Shown here: positions 47,944-57,613 of the stretch, one piece after another
Layout: every line of letters begins with the position of its first letter
Position numbering within the stretch: the first letter of the stretch is position 1
NCBI GenBank assembly: GCA_016188475.1
Contig: JACPHT010000006.1
Coordinates: 2,330 to 66,329 of the forward strand
DNA from: Candidatus Uhrbacteria bacterium
GTDB taxonomy: Bacteria > Patescibacteriota > Patescibacteriia > UBA9934 > GWF2-40-263
Length of the DNA stretch: 64,000 nt
Direction of reading: 5' to 3'
Notes under the pieces: generated by a model
What the model saw: the letters and a program-made list of their open reading frames with translations, nothing else
Told to the model about the DNA's origin: nothing
The model's database searches: none
Made by a program: the position numbers and the translations under genes

Positions 47944-48618
47944 ATGCCCACCCTCTACATTGTCGCAACACCAATTGGAAATTTGAAAGACTTAAGCGAG
48001 CGTGCGAAAACCATACTTGCTTCTGTTCACACTGTCTTGTGTGAAGACACGCGAGTTACAAGTAAACTTTTTAAAACCATTGGATCGAAACCAAAACTTT
48101 TGTCGTTCCATCAACATTCAGACAATACAAAAACGAATATAGTGATAAAACTCCTTGAGCAAGGCAACGATCTCGCACTCGTCACAGATGCTGGAACACC
48201 AGGAATTTCAGATCCGGGTGGAAAATTGATCGAGACGCTTGTTAAACATTTTGGTTCAGAGCTCACGATCGTGCCGATTCCAGGGCCAAGCGCTGTTATC
48301 GCGGCTTTGTCAGTAAGCGGTTTTCCAACTGATGAATTTATTTTCCTCGGATTTCCTCCAAACAAAAAAGGAAGACAAAATTTTTTTGATCGACTTTCTG
48401 AATACGAAATAACGATTGTGTTTTATGAAAGTACACATCGCATTTTGAAAACACTCGACGAAATTAAAAAACGTTTTCCAAATTGTCAGCTTGTTGTTTG
48501 TCGTGAATTAACAAAAGTGTACGAGACTATATATCGCGGAACAGCCATTGAAGTGACAGAAAAGTTAAAAGCAAGTAGTATTAAAGGCGAATTTGTAATA
48601 GTCATCTCGAATCATTGA
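47944..48618 (+). CDS. rsmI: 16S rRNA (cytidine1402-2'-O)-methyltransferase RsmI
   Basis: LYIVATPIGNLKDLS...VLCEDTR...GTPGISDPG (tetrapyrrole-methylase fold, RsmI pattern). Confidence 0.8.
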   Translation: MPTLYIVATPIGNLKDLSERAKTILASVHTVLCEDTRVTSKLFKTIGSKPKLLSFHQHSDNTKTNIVIKLLEQGNDLALVTDAGTPGISDPGGKLIETLVKHFGSELTIVPIPGPSAVIAALSVSGFPTDEFIFLGFPPNKKGRQNFFDRLSEYEITIVFYESTHRILKTLDEIKKRFPNCQLVVCRELTKVYETIYRGTAIEVTEKLKASSIKGEFVIVISNH

Positions 48619-48620
48619 AG

Positions 48621-48685
48621 AATATTCCCTGAGCCTGTCGAAGGAATAAAATTTATTACTGCCTTCGACTAGCTCAGGCAATAAA
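48621..48685. repeat. IPE-1 copy (hairpin)
   Basis: ATTCCCTGAGCCTGTCGAAGG at 48624-48644 pairs with GCCTTCGACTAGCTCAGGCAATAA at 48661-48684. Confidence 0.65.
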
Positions 48686-48690
48686 TTTTT

Positions 48691-50136
48691 ATGAACCGAT
48701 TTTATATCTCAACAGCCATTCCATACGTAAACGCTGATCCGCACATAGGTTTTGCGCTTGAAATTATTTTAACTGATGCAGTAGCGCGTTATTATCGTCA
48801 CAAACTTGGCGCCGAAAATGTTTTTGCGCTGACTGGAACAGATGAAAACAGTTTGAAAAATGTTCGTGCCGCTGAAGACGCCAACGAAGATGTCGCATCT
48901 TATGTTGAACGTTATGCCAACGAGTTTCGATCTTTGAAAGACATACTTGATCTTTCTTTTAATGATTTCATTCGAACTCACGAAGAACGTCACATTCACG
49001 GCGCTCAAAAACTTTGGAGCGCGTGCAAACCAGAAGATATCTACAAAAAAATGTATCGCGGTTTGTATTGTGTCGGATGTGAAACTTTTTACACGGATAA
49101 AGAAGTTCCAGATGAAATTTGTCCTGAACACAAAAAACCTCTCGAGGTAGTTGAAGAAGAAAATTATTTTTTCAAACTTTCAAATTATCAAGATCAACTC
49201 ATTGAACTGATTGAAAAGGGAGATTTACGTATTGTTCCAGAATCAAGAAAAAATGAAGTTTTGAGTTTTATCAAACAAGGTCTTGAAGATTTTTCGATTT
49301 CTCGTTCGCAAGAACGCGCGAAGCATTGGGGCGTCACAGTTCCAAACGATGAATCTCAAGTGATGTATGTTTGGTTTGACGCGCTTTCAAATTACATAAC
49401 AGCGCTTGGTTATGCAGACGACACTGAAACCTACAAAAAGTTTTGGATAGAAAACGATCATCGTGCGCACGTGATTGGAAAAGGAATTTTGCGTTTTCAC
49501 GCTGTGTATTGGCCAGCGATTTTATTGTCCGCTGGAGTTCCTCTGCCAAACGAACTTTTTGTTCATGGCTACATAACAGTTGAAGGTGAAAAAATGTCAA
49601 AGTCGCTTGGGAACACAATCCATCCAAAAGCTCTTGTAGATGAATTTGGAACAGACGCTGTGCGATATTATTTTCTTCGTGAAATTCCTTCACATGGTGA
49701 CGGAGATTATTCAAAAGCTCGTATGGAAGAACGTTATGGCGAACTTGCAAATCAGCTTGGAAATTTGGTTGGACGTGTCGCGACAATGGCTGTTAAGTAT
49801 TTCAACGGACAACTTGATGACACAAACAAAGATTGGTCAGCGAAAGAAACTGCGCTTGATACACACATGAAGAATTATGATTTGCGATCATATATAGATG
49901 AAGTGTTTGAGGTTGTATCAGACGCGAATGAACTAACGGACAAAAAATCACCATTCAAATTAGTGAAGGAAGATTCAGCATCCGCGAAAGCGGTTTTGTC
50001 AGAGCTCGCTGATATGATTCGATTTATTGCTCGATCACTTTTGCCAATAATTCCACACAGTGCAGAGGAAATTCTCCGCAGATATGGTAAAGTAATAGAG
50101 GTTGGTGAGCCTTTATTTCCGCGAAGAGATAAATAG
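48691..50136 (+). CDS. metG: methionine--tRNA ligase
   Basis: HIGH-type motif (PHIGFALE), Zn knuckle CVGCETFY...CPEH, KMSKS. Confidence 0.9.
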   Translation: MNRFYISTAIPYVNADPHIGFALEIILTDAVARYYRHKLGAENVFALTGTDENSLKNVRAAEDANEDVASYVERYANEFRSLKDILDLSFNDFIRTHEERHIHGAQKLWSACKPEDIYKKMYRGLYCVGCETFYTDKEVPDEICPEHKKPLEVVEEENYFFKLSNYQDQLIELIEKGDLRIVPESRKNEVLSFIKQGLEDFSISRSQERAKHWGVTVPNDESQVMYVWFDALSNYITALGYADDTETYKKFWIENDHRAHVIGKGILRFHAVYWPAILLSAGVPLPNELFVHGYITVEGEKMSKSLGNTIHPKALVDEFGTDAVRYYFLREIPSHGDGDYSKARMEERYGELANQLGNLVGRVATMAVKYFNGQLDDTNKDWSAKETALDTHMKNYDLRSYIDEVFEVVSDANELTDKKSPFKLVKEDSASAKAVLSELADMIRFIARSLLPIIPHSAEEILRRYGKVIEVGEPLFPRRDK

Positions 50137-50187
50137 TGTTTGTTTCTCGGTCCTTTCAGACCTCTCAGTCCTTTCAGGCTTTTCACT

Positions 50188-50685
50188 ATGACATTCATTG
50201 ACATTTTAATCATAGTCATCATTGCCGCGTTTGTTTTCTTTGGTTTCTTTTTTGGATTTGTTCATACATTTGGAAGTTTGATTGGAACTATTGTTGGAAT
50301 TTTTATTGCGTCGCATCTTGTTGATCCGACGTTTAGCATGTTCGGTTTTTTGCTTGGCAACGGAGATTTTGCAAAAGTGATAGTGTTCATTATTTTATTT
50401 TTGCTCACATCTCGCATTATCGGTTTACTGTTGTGGTTTGTTAATGGTTTGTTTTACGCTTTTGCGTTCATACCGTTTGCTGGAATGTTTAATCGTTTAA
50501 TCGGCGCGCTGTTCGGTTTTGTTGAAGGAGTTGTTGTGGTAGGCGTCATAATTTTTTACGCAATGCAAATTCTTCCGGACGACACACTTCTTTTCGCGCT
50601 CGAAGGATCAGTAATGGCTAAATATCTTGTTGCTGCGATGATGGCTTTGCAAGTGTTTTTTCCAGAAGGAATGAAAGTGAAATAA
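50188..50685 (+). CDS. CvpA-family membrane protein
   Basis: Four TM segments. Conserved position between metG and tatD. Confidence 0.5.
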   Translation: MTFIDILIIVIIAAFVFFGFFFGFVHTFGSLIGTIVGIFIASHLVDPTFSMFGFLLGNGDFAKVIVFIILFLLTSRIIGLLLWFVNGLFYAFAFIPFAGMFNRLIGALFGFVEGVVVVGVIIFYAMQILPDDTLLFALEGSVMAKYLVAAMMALQVFFPEGMKVK

Positions 50686-50686
50686 T

Positions 50687-51547
50687 ATGCTCTTCGATAC
50701 CCATTGCCACGTTCAATTTCATTCGTACAAAAATGACATGGACGAAGTTATCAAACGCACCTTGGAAAAAGGTGTTTTTATGATTACGGTTGGAACGCAA
50801 AGCGACACAAGTCGAACAGGACTTGAGGTTGCTGAAAAATACGAAGGTGTGTGGGCTTCGATCGGACTTCATCCTTATCATCTTCATAAACAAGAATTTG
50901 CAGATGAAAATGAAACCGTTCATACTCGAACCGAAAAGTTTGATTTAGATTTGTTTCGAAAACTCGCGCAACATCCAAAGTGTATTGCGGTAGGAGAGTG
51001 TGGTTTGGATTATTTTCACATGCCTCCAAACGTTGATCGTGAAGAAGTGATTCGAGAACAAAAAGAAACAGTTCGCGCGCAATTTGATCTTACGACTGAA
51101 ATGAATTTGCCAGTTATTATTCATTGTCGCGATGCTTATGAAGATCAACTTGAAATGGTTGAAGAATATGTGAAAGAAGGGAAGTTGGCTCGACGTGGTG
51201 TTGTGCATTGTTTTGTTGGAACACAGGACATCGCAGATCGGTTTTTAGATTTAGGATTTTATATTTCATTCACTGGAATTTTAACTTTTCCACCACGTAA
51301 GAGTGAAAAAGGGGAAGATGGTTTGTCGCCAATACAACGCATAGCAAAAAATGTTCCACTTGAACGTCTACTTGTTGAAACAGATGCGCCGTATTTAACA
51401 CCTGTTCCGTATCGCGGAGAAAGAAACGAACCATGGATGGTTCAATTTGTCGCTGAAAAAATCGCAGAGCTAAAAGGGATAGATGTTGATGAAGTCGAGC
51501 GAGTCACAACAGAAAATGCGAAAAAATTATTTTTGTTGTCATTCTGA
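50687..51547 (+). CDS. tatD: TatD-family metal-dependent DNase
   Basis: N-terminal FDTHCH plus GECGLDY, HCR and ETDAPY motifs. Confidence 0.85.
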   Translation: MLFDTHCHVQFHSYKNDMDEVIKRTLEKGVFMITVGTQSDTSRTGLEVAEKYEGVWASIGLHPYHLHKQEFADENETVHTRTEKFDLDLFRKLAQHPKCIAVGECGLDYFHMPPNVDREEVIREQKETVRAQFDLTTEMNLPVIIHCRDAYEDQLEMVEEYVKEGKLARRGVVHCFVGTQDIADRFLDLGFYISFTGILTFPPRKSEKGEDGLSPIQRIAKNVPLERLLVETDAPYLTPVPYRGERNEPWMVQFVAEKIAELKGIDVDEVERVTTENAKKLFLLSF

Positions 51548-51574
51548 GCGACAGCAAAGGATCTTGAATAAACA

Positions 51575-51676
51575 AAGATCGTGATGCTACATCTCCGGGC
51601 CAACGCCGTGCCTGCCTTTGGCAGGGACTCCTCGCCGTTGTTCCCTGCGACGTAGCATCACGCTCTTTGTTTTTTT
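51575..51676 (+). terminator. long structured hairpin terminator with a conserved core (...CCAACG...CGCCGTTGTTC...)
   Basis: 18-bp outer stem aaagatcgtgatgctacatc / gacgtagcatcacgctcttt, followed by T7. The core is shared with 63226-63310. Confidence 0.5.
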
Positions 51677-51757
51677 GATATTCATTTTTCCGAGTGGAAT
51701 TGAAAGAGTTGTTGGAAACAAAAAGCAGTAATGAAAGATTCACTACTGCAAAGAGAG

Positions 51758-52780
51758 CTAGCCGACATAGCGACGCTTAAATTCATTTGGGTGTGATGAG
51801 TTTAACCCGGCCTCAATGTCTTTGATGCACTGTCGCAGGAGTGCTCCAATGATTCTACCCTTGGCTTCGTAAACTCCACCTAGGTAGCTGTCCCGGAGTT
51901 GCGCAGCCATCGAGATTCTGCTCGCGTCTTCACGAAGGTAAGCATCTAGTAATGCTGTATAGATCCCTTTCCACTGCCTGGTCTTGACGCATTCGCGCAT
52001 CTCGCGTGTGATTGGATTTCCCAAGGCAGCGATCTTTCTTACCTTGATTGCTGCGATTAGTTCAGTTAGTCCATTTCTTTCTATTGAGTCCTCGGTCATT
52101 TTCGCTATGTACGCATCTGGATCATCAAAGAATTCGACCAACTGGGTTGGATTAAGCCTTTGACGTCCTTGTTGTCCATCGTCTCGATCTCCACTGCTCT
52201 TTTGTACGTCTCTTCGTTCGCGCCCCGTATCGTTTCTACGGCTCATCTCGTCTCCCTGAGGTTGTGATGCAGGTTGTTTCGATTGTACACCAGCAGGCGT
52301 GGCTGGAAGAATCGGTGTTGTGCGAGGCGGTTGTGCAACTTGCACCGGGCCGCTCAACATCCGACTTGCCCCTGATTGGACACTGACTGTTGCTGTGTCA
52401 GCAACCGGTTCTACGGCCGGTTGAACAACATCGATCGGTTCAGCCGGCACAGCTGCTTTCTGTTTGTGATTTTCCGCGATTTCTGCCAGGCCGAGTTTTC
52501 GCGGATCCTCGTCTTTTAGTTCGGCGACGTATGCATCAGAATCAATACAATACTGCAGAAGTGCATTTTGCACTCGGATACAGTACGCCTTACCTTCGTC
52601 TGATACGTAATTGGAAGAAAGAATTTCCTCCAACTCCTCATCTGTTGGTTCGATCCTTGAGATAAGAATGTTGCGAAGCTCGTCTGTTGGCTCGTCATCG
52701 CCGAAGAAGGCGAAGACGGCGTCAAGATAAGTAGGCATTTTTTCCTCCCTCGGCTCAAAACCGAGATTGAAACCTACCAT
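51758..52780 (-). CDS. hypothetical protein (GC-rich island B), acidic with P/Q-rich linker
   Basis: 340-aa ORF at about 55% GC. No recognised motifs. True start may be MPTYLD (52738). Confidence 0.4.
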   Translation of the reverse strand: MVGFNLGFEPREEKMPTYLDAVFAFFGDDEPTDELRNILISRIEPTDEELEEILSSNYVSDEGKAYCIRVQNALLQYCIDSDAYVAELKDEDPRKLGLAEIAENHKQKAAVPAEPIDVVQPAVEPVADTATVSVQSGASRMLSGPVQVAQPPRTTPILPATPAGVQSKQPASQPQGDEMSRRNDTGRERRDVQKSSGDRDDGQQGRQRLNPTQLVEFFDDPDAYIAKMTEDSIERNGLTELIAAIKVRKIAALGNPITREMRECVKTRQWKGIYTALLDAYLREDASRISMAAQLRDSYLGGVYEAKGRIIGALLRQCIKDIEAGLNSSHPNEFKRRYVG

Positions 52781-52869
52781 AAATTAGTCAGAATGTCAAG
52801 CAATCCTTGACATTTTTTTGATTTTCTGCTAAATTCATTCTCTGGCAAAAGCCAGTTTGAAAGGGAAAA

Positions 52870-54411
52870 ATGGAACGAAAGCAATTGTTGCTTCAGGAAT
52901 CTGGTTTGATCGTCAAGGGCGGTGGTGCTACGAAACCGCCGACCGCGGCATCAAAGGGCGAAATCGCACAGCCGTCTCGTTTCACCCAGATGCTCGCGAT
53001 CTGGGGCGAGCTCATTGATATCGCGGTTCTGACAGACAACAGGCGTCGTGTTCCGATCGAAGTGCGCAAGCGCGAAATGACGCGTCGATTCGTCCGCGAT
53101 CCGCGCGATCCGCAAGTTCCTCTTCTCGTTAAAGCGATGATCTTCGCTGAAAACGTGACTCGATTCAATCGGGAAACCAAGGAGCATGAACTTCAACCCG
53201 GCATTGGACTCGGGTACAAGGCAGAGATTCAGGTTTCTGTCAACAAAGGAAGTGACGAGACAGTCAAGGCTGTTCCGCACATTCTCGTTGACGGAGCCGG
53301 CGGAATGATTCCGTACGGCACATTCGAGGAGTCTGGTGGAAAGACGGTCGTGAACGCGCGCGAACATTTTTGCATGGTTCTGTGGCCAATGAAGAAAGGT
53401 CAGCCGTTCAGACTCCTGCCGCTCGGTCTCGCGTCTGCTTCACGGCTCGATATGTGGAACCGCGTGGCACAGGGTCTTCCAGGCCGCGGTCTTCCGACAA
53501 TCGAGCCAATCCGCCATAACCTTCTTGCCAAGGACGGTGCTCGCTACCTCGTGTACACGCCGCCAGGAATGTGGCAGTTCGATGGCGAAGAAGGCAAGGC
53601 GAGCTACCACTACGGCCACATCTGTGGCCAGACAGCTCGCGTTATCGAAAAGGGCGGATTTCCGCCGTATGACGACGAAGAAAACTGCACGTTCTCCGAA
53701 CAGAGAGTGTTTCTCGTTGAGCTTGGCGAGCGTTCGATCGGCCTGCAATACGTGGGTCGGAAGGGCAAGGTCAAGCTTCTCGAAGGTACTATCGATCTCG
53801 GTCAATCTCTCGCGGTTGAACCGTTCGAAGCGCTCGGAGTGTCGGTTCTCACAGCCAATCCGAGCAAGCAGTCCCGAACAGCTTTCGAGCTGGCAGGGCG
53901 TGGTGCGTTCACCCTGGACAATCCGCTCTTCGCCTACGCCGTCAGGATAGGACTGGTTGATCCAGTTGTGCTCGAAGATACACAGTCTGTACGTTCTTCA
54001 CTCAATCGGCTTGCGAGTCTCGTTGTTTCAACTCTTCGCGATCAGCTCGATGACATCAAACGGCGAGTTGTGGAACAGCTCTGTCGTGATCTGCTCCCGG
54101 ATTCTGAAATCGTTCTGGATGGCAAGTCGGCCGAAGAAGTTTGGCACCGCAATGGCGGCGAAGATTTCCTCGCAAAATGGATCAACGAGCGGATCGAAGG
54201 CGACTTCGACTGGAGCTCGTGGGTTCACCGCGGAGTTCGGATGGAGCTCCTGAAGAGAATCTCCGAACGCGCTCAGAATGTCGGAACTCCTCCCGCTCTT
54301 CCTGTGACCTTTGTCAATGCGGCTCCTATCGTAGCAGAAGTTCTTGGCCTGGTACCCACGCCAGCCAAGCGCATTCGCAAGCCTCGCGCTTCGAAGCCGG
54401 CACAGGCCTAG
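52870..54411 (+). CDS. hypothetical protein (GC-rich island B), 513 aa
   Basis: Long ORF at about 57% GC. No recognised family. Followed by the hairpin gtagtgatttctttcactac. Confidence 0.45.
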   Translation: MERKQLLLQESGLIVKGGGATKPPTAASKGEIAQPSRFTQMLAIWGELIDIAVLTDNRRRVPIEVRKREMTRRFVRDPRDPQVPLLVKAMIFAENVTRFNRETKEHELQPGIGLGYKAEIQVSVNKGSDETVKAVPHILVDGAGGMIPYGTFEESGGKTVVNAREHFCMVLWPMKKGQPFRLLPLGLASASRLDMWNRVAQGLPGRGLPTIEPIRHNLLAKDGARYLVYTPPGMWQFDGEEGKASYHYGHICGQTARVIEKGGFPPYDDEENCTFSEQRVFLVELGERSIGLQYVGRKGKVKLLEGTIDLGQSLAVEPFEALGVSVLTANPSKQSRTAFELAGRGAFTLDNPLFAYAVRIGLVDPVVLEDTQSVRSSLNRLASLVVSTLRDQLDDIKRRVVEQLCRDLLPDSEIVLDGKSAEEVWHRNGGEDFLAKWINERIEGDFDWSSWVHRGVRMELLKRISERAQNVGTPPALPVTFVNAAPIVAEVLGLVPTPAKRIRKPRASKPAQA

Positions 54412-54494
54412 TTCTCTCGCAGTAGTGATTTCTTTCACTACTGTTTTTTTGTTTTTAATTGACAATTCTTGGTTGAGGGCTATTGAAATATTTT

Positions 54495-54572
54495 TATTAT
54501 TGCCTGAGCCTGTCGAAGACTGTAGGCAAACAAGCCAAATTTTACCCATTCGACAGGCTCAGGGAATAAAAT
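54495..54572. repeat. IPE-1 copy (long hairpin)
   Basis: TATTATTGCCTGAGCCTGTCGAAGACTGTAGGC pairs with CCCATTCGACAGGCTCAGGGAATAAAA. Confidence 0.65.
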
Positions 54573-54954
54573 TTGGCTTTTGTAAGCCTCTCGCTACCAG
54601 GTAGCGAGAAGATATATTCTAATTCACCAATCACACAATTTTTTTTAGAAACAACAGATATTCGTAATCTATTATATGAGCAGTTGCATCATGTTGGAAG
54701 GAGTCGAGGAGGAGTAAAGAAGCCAACTGCTTGGCTTCGTACCTCCGAGACGGGTTGGACGATGTCTGGCTGAAAGCCAGACCGTACAACACCTACGGCG
54801 AAGAGTCCGTTGGCCCGGAGACACGGTTCGATTGTCATATACTCGTCAACCAGTCTGTTGGTTCCATATTCAAATCACATATAAAATTGTTTAGACTCTC
54901 TGTTCGCCGACATCCGGAGCCGACCTGTACAAACACTTGTTAACTACGTCGATT

Positions 54955-55030
54955 CACGTCGGCGAGGACTAAGCCGCCGCCACTAACTCTGGTTGTCATA
55001 AACGTCCACGGCGGCGGTCAAGAACAGATA
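54955..55030. repeat. conserved structured 75-nt motif (second copy), at the right edge of GC-rich island B
   Basis: cgtcggcgaggactaaGCCGCCGCC...aaACGTCCACGGCGGCGGTCAAGAAC. The 3' arm is identical to 41092-41117; the 5' arm differs. Confidence 0.5.
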
Positions 55031-55149
55031 GTCTAAACGATTTTTCCACCTTCTTGACCCTCTTTTCAAAAAACTGTACACTATCGGCGCCTTTTAAAGT
55101 ATTACGCAACGCAGAGATTGCTTCGCTTCGCTCGCAATGACATTGGTTT

Positions 55150-55398
55150 ATGAAAGATATCGACGCGGCCTATCATCGTTTGGCCTACAAAATTTTTGCT
55201 GAATTTACTGGAACAATCGCTGTACCAGCTGTTCTTGCGGCACTTTTGGGCAAATGGCTTGATGAAAGATATGGAACAGAGCCGCGATACATAATTCTGC
55301 TTCTCGCATTCGCGTTTTTTTCTTCCGCAGTTATCATATTCAAAAAAGCGAAAAAATATCGAGATGAATACGTGTCAATAATTAAAAAAGATGTATGA
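55150..55398 (+). CDS. AtpZ/AtpI-like small membrane protein preceding the ATP synthase operon
   Basis: 82 aa with two TM segments. Stop overlaps the atpB start (ATGA). Confidence 0.45.
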   Translation: MKDIDAAYHRLAYKIFAEFTGTIAVPAVLAALLGKWLDERYGTEPRYIILLLAFAFFSSAVIIFKKAKKYRDEYVSIIKKDV

Positions 55399-56225
55399 GC
55401 CTTGTACTTCCTCCAGTTGCGGCTGAACAAGTTTTTCAAATCGGATCGTTTCCAATCACAAATTCCATTATCAACGGATGGATTGCTGTACTCTTTTTCG
55501 TTATATTAGCTTTTCTTGTTCGCAATCGCAGTGCGCTTGTTCCAAAAGGTTTACAAAATATAGTTGAGGGGACAGTTGAATTTTTACTTAAAGAAGTTGA
55601 AAAAGTCACAGGAGATAAAATAAGAGCCAGAAAATTTTTGCCAATCGTTGGAACTATTTTTTTGTTTATTCTTTTTTCAAATTGGATCGGGCTTTTGCCA
55701 GGGACTGGATCAATCGGAGTATGGGGTGAGATACACGGTGAAACAGAATTGATTCCACTTTTGCGACCGGCTTCAAGCGACTTGAACCTAACACTCGCAA
55801 TGGCGCTTTTTGCAATCATCACATCGCATGTGATGGCGCTTATTACTGTTGGACCTGTCAATCACATCAGTAAATTTGTGAACGTACGAGGAATTATCCG
55901 ATCAATTAAACATGGACCAATGGCGATAGTTGTTGCAGTGATAGAATTTGGTGTTGGATTGATTGAGATTGTAAGTGAGATTGCAAAAGTGGTTTCACTA
56001 TCTCTTCGTTTGTTTGGAAACATTTTTGCTGGCGAAGTTTTGATTACTGTTATGCTTGGACTGCTTGCTTATATATTGCCAATTCCGTTTATGTTCTTGG
56101 AGTTGCTTGTTGGAGCTGTTCAGGCTACAGTCTTTGCCATGTTGACTCTTGCGTATCTGGTTGTTGCAACAGATGAACACGGACATGAAGAATCTGGCGA
56201 ACATGTTGAACCAGCGCACGCTTAA
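55395..56225 (+). CDS. atpB: F0F1 ATP synthase subunit a
   Basis: Five TM segments. Conserved LSLRLFGNIFAGE motif with the essential Arg. Confidence 0.85.
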   Translation: MSLVLPPVAAEQVFQIGSFPITNSIINGWIAVLFFVILAFLVRNRSALVPKGLQNIVEGTVEFLLKEVEKVTGDKIRARKFLPIVGTIFLFILFSNWIGLLPGTGSIGVWGEIHGETELIPLLRPASSDLNLTLAMALFAIITSHVMALITVGPVNHISKFVNVRGIIRSIKHGPMAIVVAVIEFGVGLIEIVSEIAKVVSLSLRLFGNIFAGEVLITVMLGLLAYILPIPFMFLELLVGAVQATVFAMLTLAYLVVATDEHGHEESGEHVEPAHA

Positions 56226-56236
56226 TAAATAATTAA

Positions 56237-56476
<240 letters not shown>

Positions 56477-56516
56477 ATAATGCAGAACAGAAAACGGTAG
56501 CTTGTTATTAAAAATA

Positions 56517-56591
56517 ATTACCCGAACTAATCGAAGGCTGTAATAGAAATTGATAATCAATTTATCCCTTCGATAGGCTCAGGGGATAAAA
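56517..56591. repeat. IPE-1 copy (degenerate) between atpE and atpF
   Basis: ATTACCCGAACTAATCGAAGGCTGTAAT ... TCCCTTCGATAGGCTCAGGGGATAAAA. Confidence 0.55.
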
Positions 56592-56630
56592 TATGTGAAA
56601 TTAACAAGCTACTACTTTTTTTCTTCATAT

Positions 56631-57191
56631 ATGTCTGAAACAAATCTAACAACCGAGCTTGCAAATGGAACCATCAAAACTGTTGAAGCAACTGGCGGTA
56701 TTGGAATGCTTGGAATCAATTTGAAAATTTTTATTGCGCAACTTATCAACTTTGTTGTTGTTCTTCTTGTGCTTTGGAAATGGGTTTACAAACCTTTCGT
56801 AAAACTTCTTGACGATCGTTCATCTAGAATTGAAAAAAGTGTGAAGCAAACGCAGGAGATTGAAGAACGTCTTGCAAAAAGTGAAAAGGAACAAAAACAA
56901 ATTCTTGTTCAAGCGCGCGCAGAAGCCGCCTCTGTTTTGGAACAAGCGCGAACTGATGCGGAGAATAGAAAAAAAGAGCTGATCGATTCGGCAAAACAAG
57001 AAGTTCAACGAGTTGTCGCTCAAGGGAAAGAACAATTGAAAGTTGAAAAAGTCACAATGATAAAAGAAGCAAAATCAGAAATCGTTGAAATCGCGATCAC
57101 TGCGGCAGAGAAAATTTTGAAAGAATCGGTTGATCAAAAATCGTCGCAAAAGTTTGCTCAAGAAGTAGTTGATAAGATAGACAAAGTATGA
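56631..57191 (+). CDS. atpF: F0F1 ATP synthase subunit b
   Basis: N-terminal TM segment then a long charged coiled coil. Start set at MSETNL. Confidence 0.8.
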   Translation: MSETNLTTELANGTIKTVEATGGIGMLGINLKIFIAQLINFVVVLLVLWKWVYKPFVKLLDDRSSRIEKSVKQTQEIEERLAKSEKEQKQILVQARAEAASVLEQARTDAENRKKELIDSAKQEVQRVVAQGKEQLKVEKVTMIKEAKSEIVEIAITAAEKILKESVDQKSSQKFAQEVVDKIDKV

Positions 57192-57571
57192 AATTCACAG
57201 ATAAACAATTAGCAAAAGTTTTATTCGACATCGTTGAAAAAGGAAATAAAAAAGATCTGAGCGTAATTACAGATGAATTTGTGAAATTTTTAGCAGAGCG
57301 AGCCGAACTTCACAGAATGTCCGGAGTGATCCAATCTTTTGAAAAAATTTGGAAGGAACAATATGGCGCGGCAACAATTACAGTTGAAAGCGCACATCCA
57401 TTATCGACGTCATTAAAAAAACGAGTTGAAGAAATCGCTCAAGGCGCGGAGATTCGTGAAATAGTAAATGAGAAATTAATCGGCGGAGCAAAAATTAGAC
57501 TGGATGATCGAGCTGTTGATGGTTCAATATCCGGACAGTTACAAAGATTGAAAAATTTTATATCCGCATAG
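57188..57571 (+). CDS. atpH: F0F1 ATP synthase subunit delta (short form)
   Basis: Sits between atpF and atpA. 127 aa; OSCP-like C-terminus (GGAKIRLDDRAVDGSISGQL). Confidence 0.65.
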   Translation: MKFTDKQLAKVLFDIVEKGNKKDLSVITDEFVKFLAERAELHRMSGVIQSFEKIWKEQYGAATITVESAHPLSTSLKKRVEEIAQGAEIREIVNEKLIGGAKIRLDDRAVDGSISGQLQRLKNFISA

Positions 57572-57607
57572 GTAAATCCTTCGACTCTCCGGCTTTAGGC
57601 CGGATCG
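57571..57607. repeat. hybrid IPE-1/IPE-2 palindromic element between atpH and atpA
   Basis: ccttcgactctccggctttaggccggatcgctcagg. Confidence 0.5.
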
Positions 57608-57613
57608 CTCAGG

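Noticed and set aside
54573-54943. Two small ORFs (66 and 70 aa) at the end of GC-rich island B
   Set aside because: They are short and overlapping, with no motifs, in a region dominated by hairpin repeats. They are probably non-coding.
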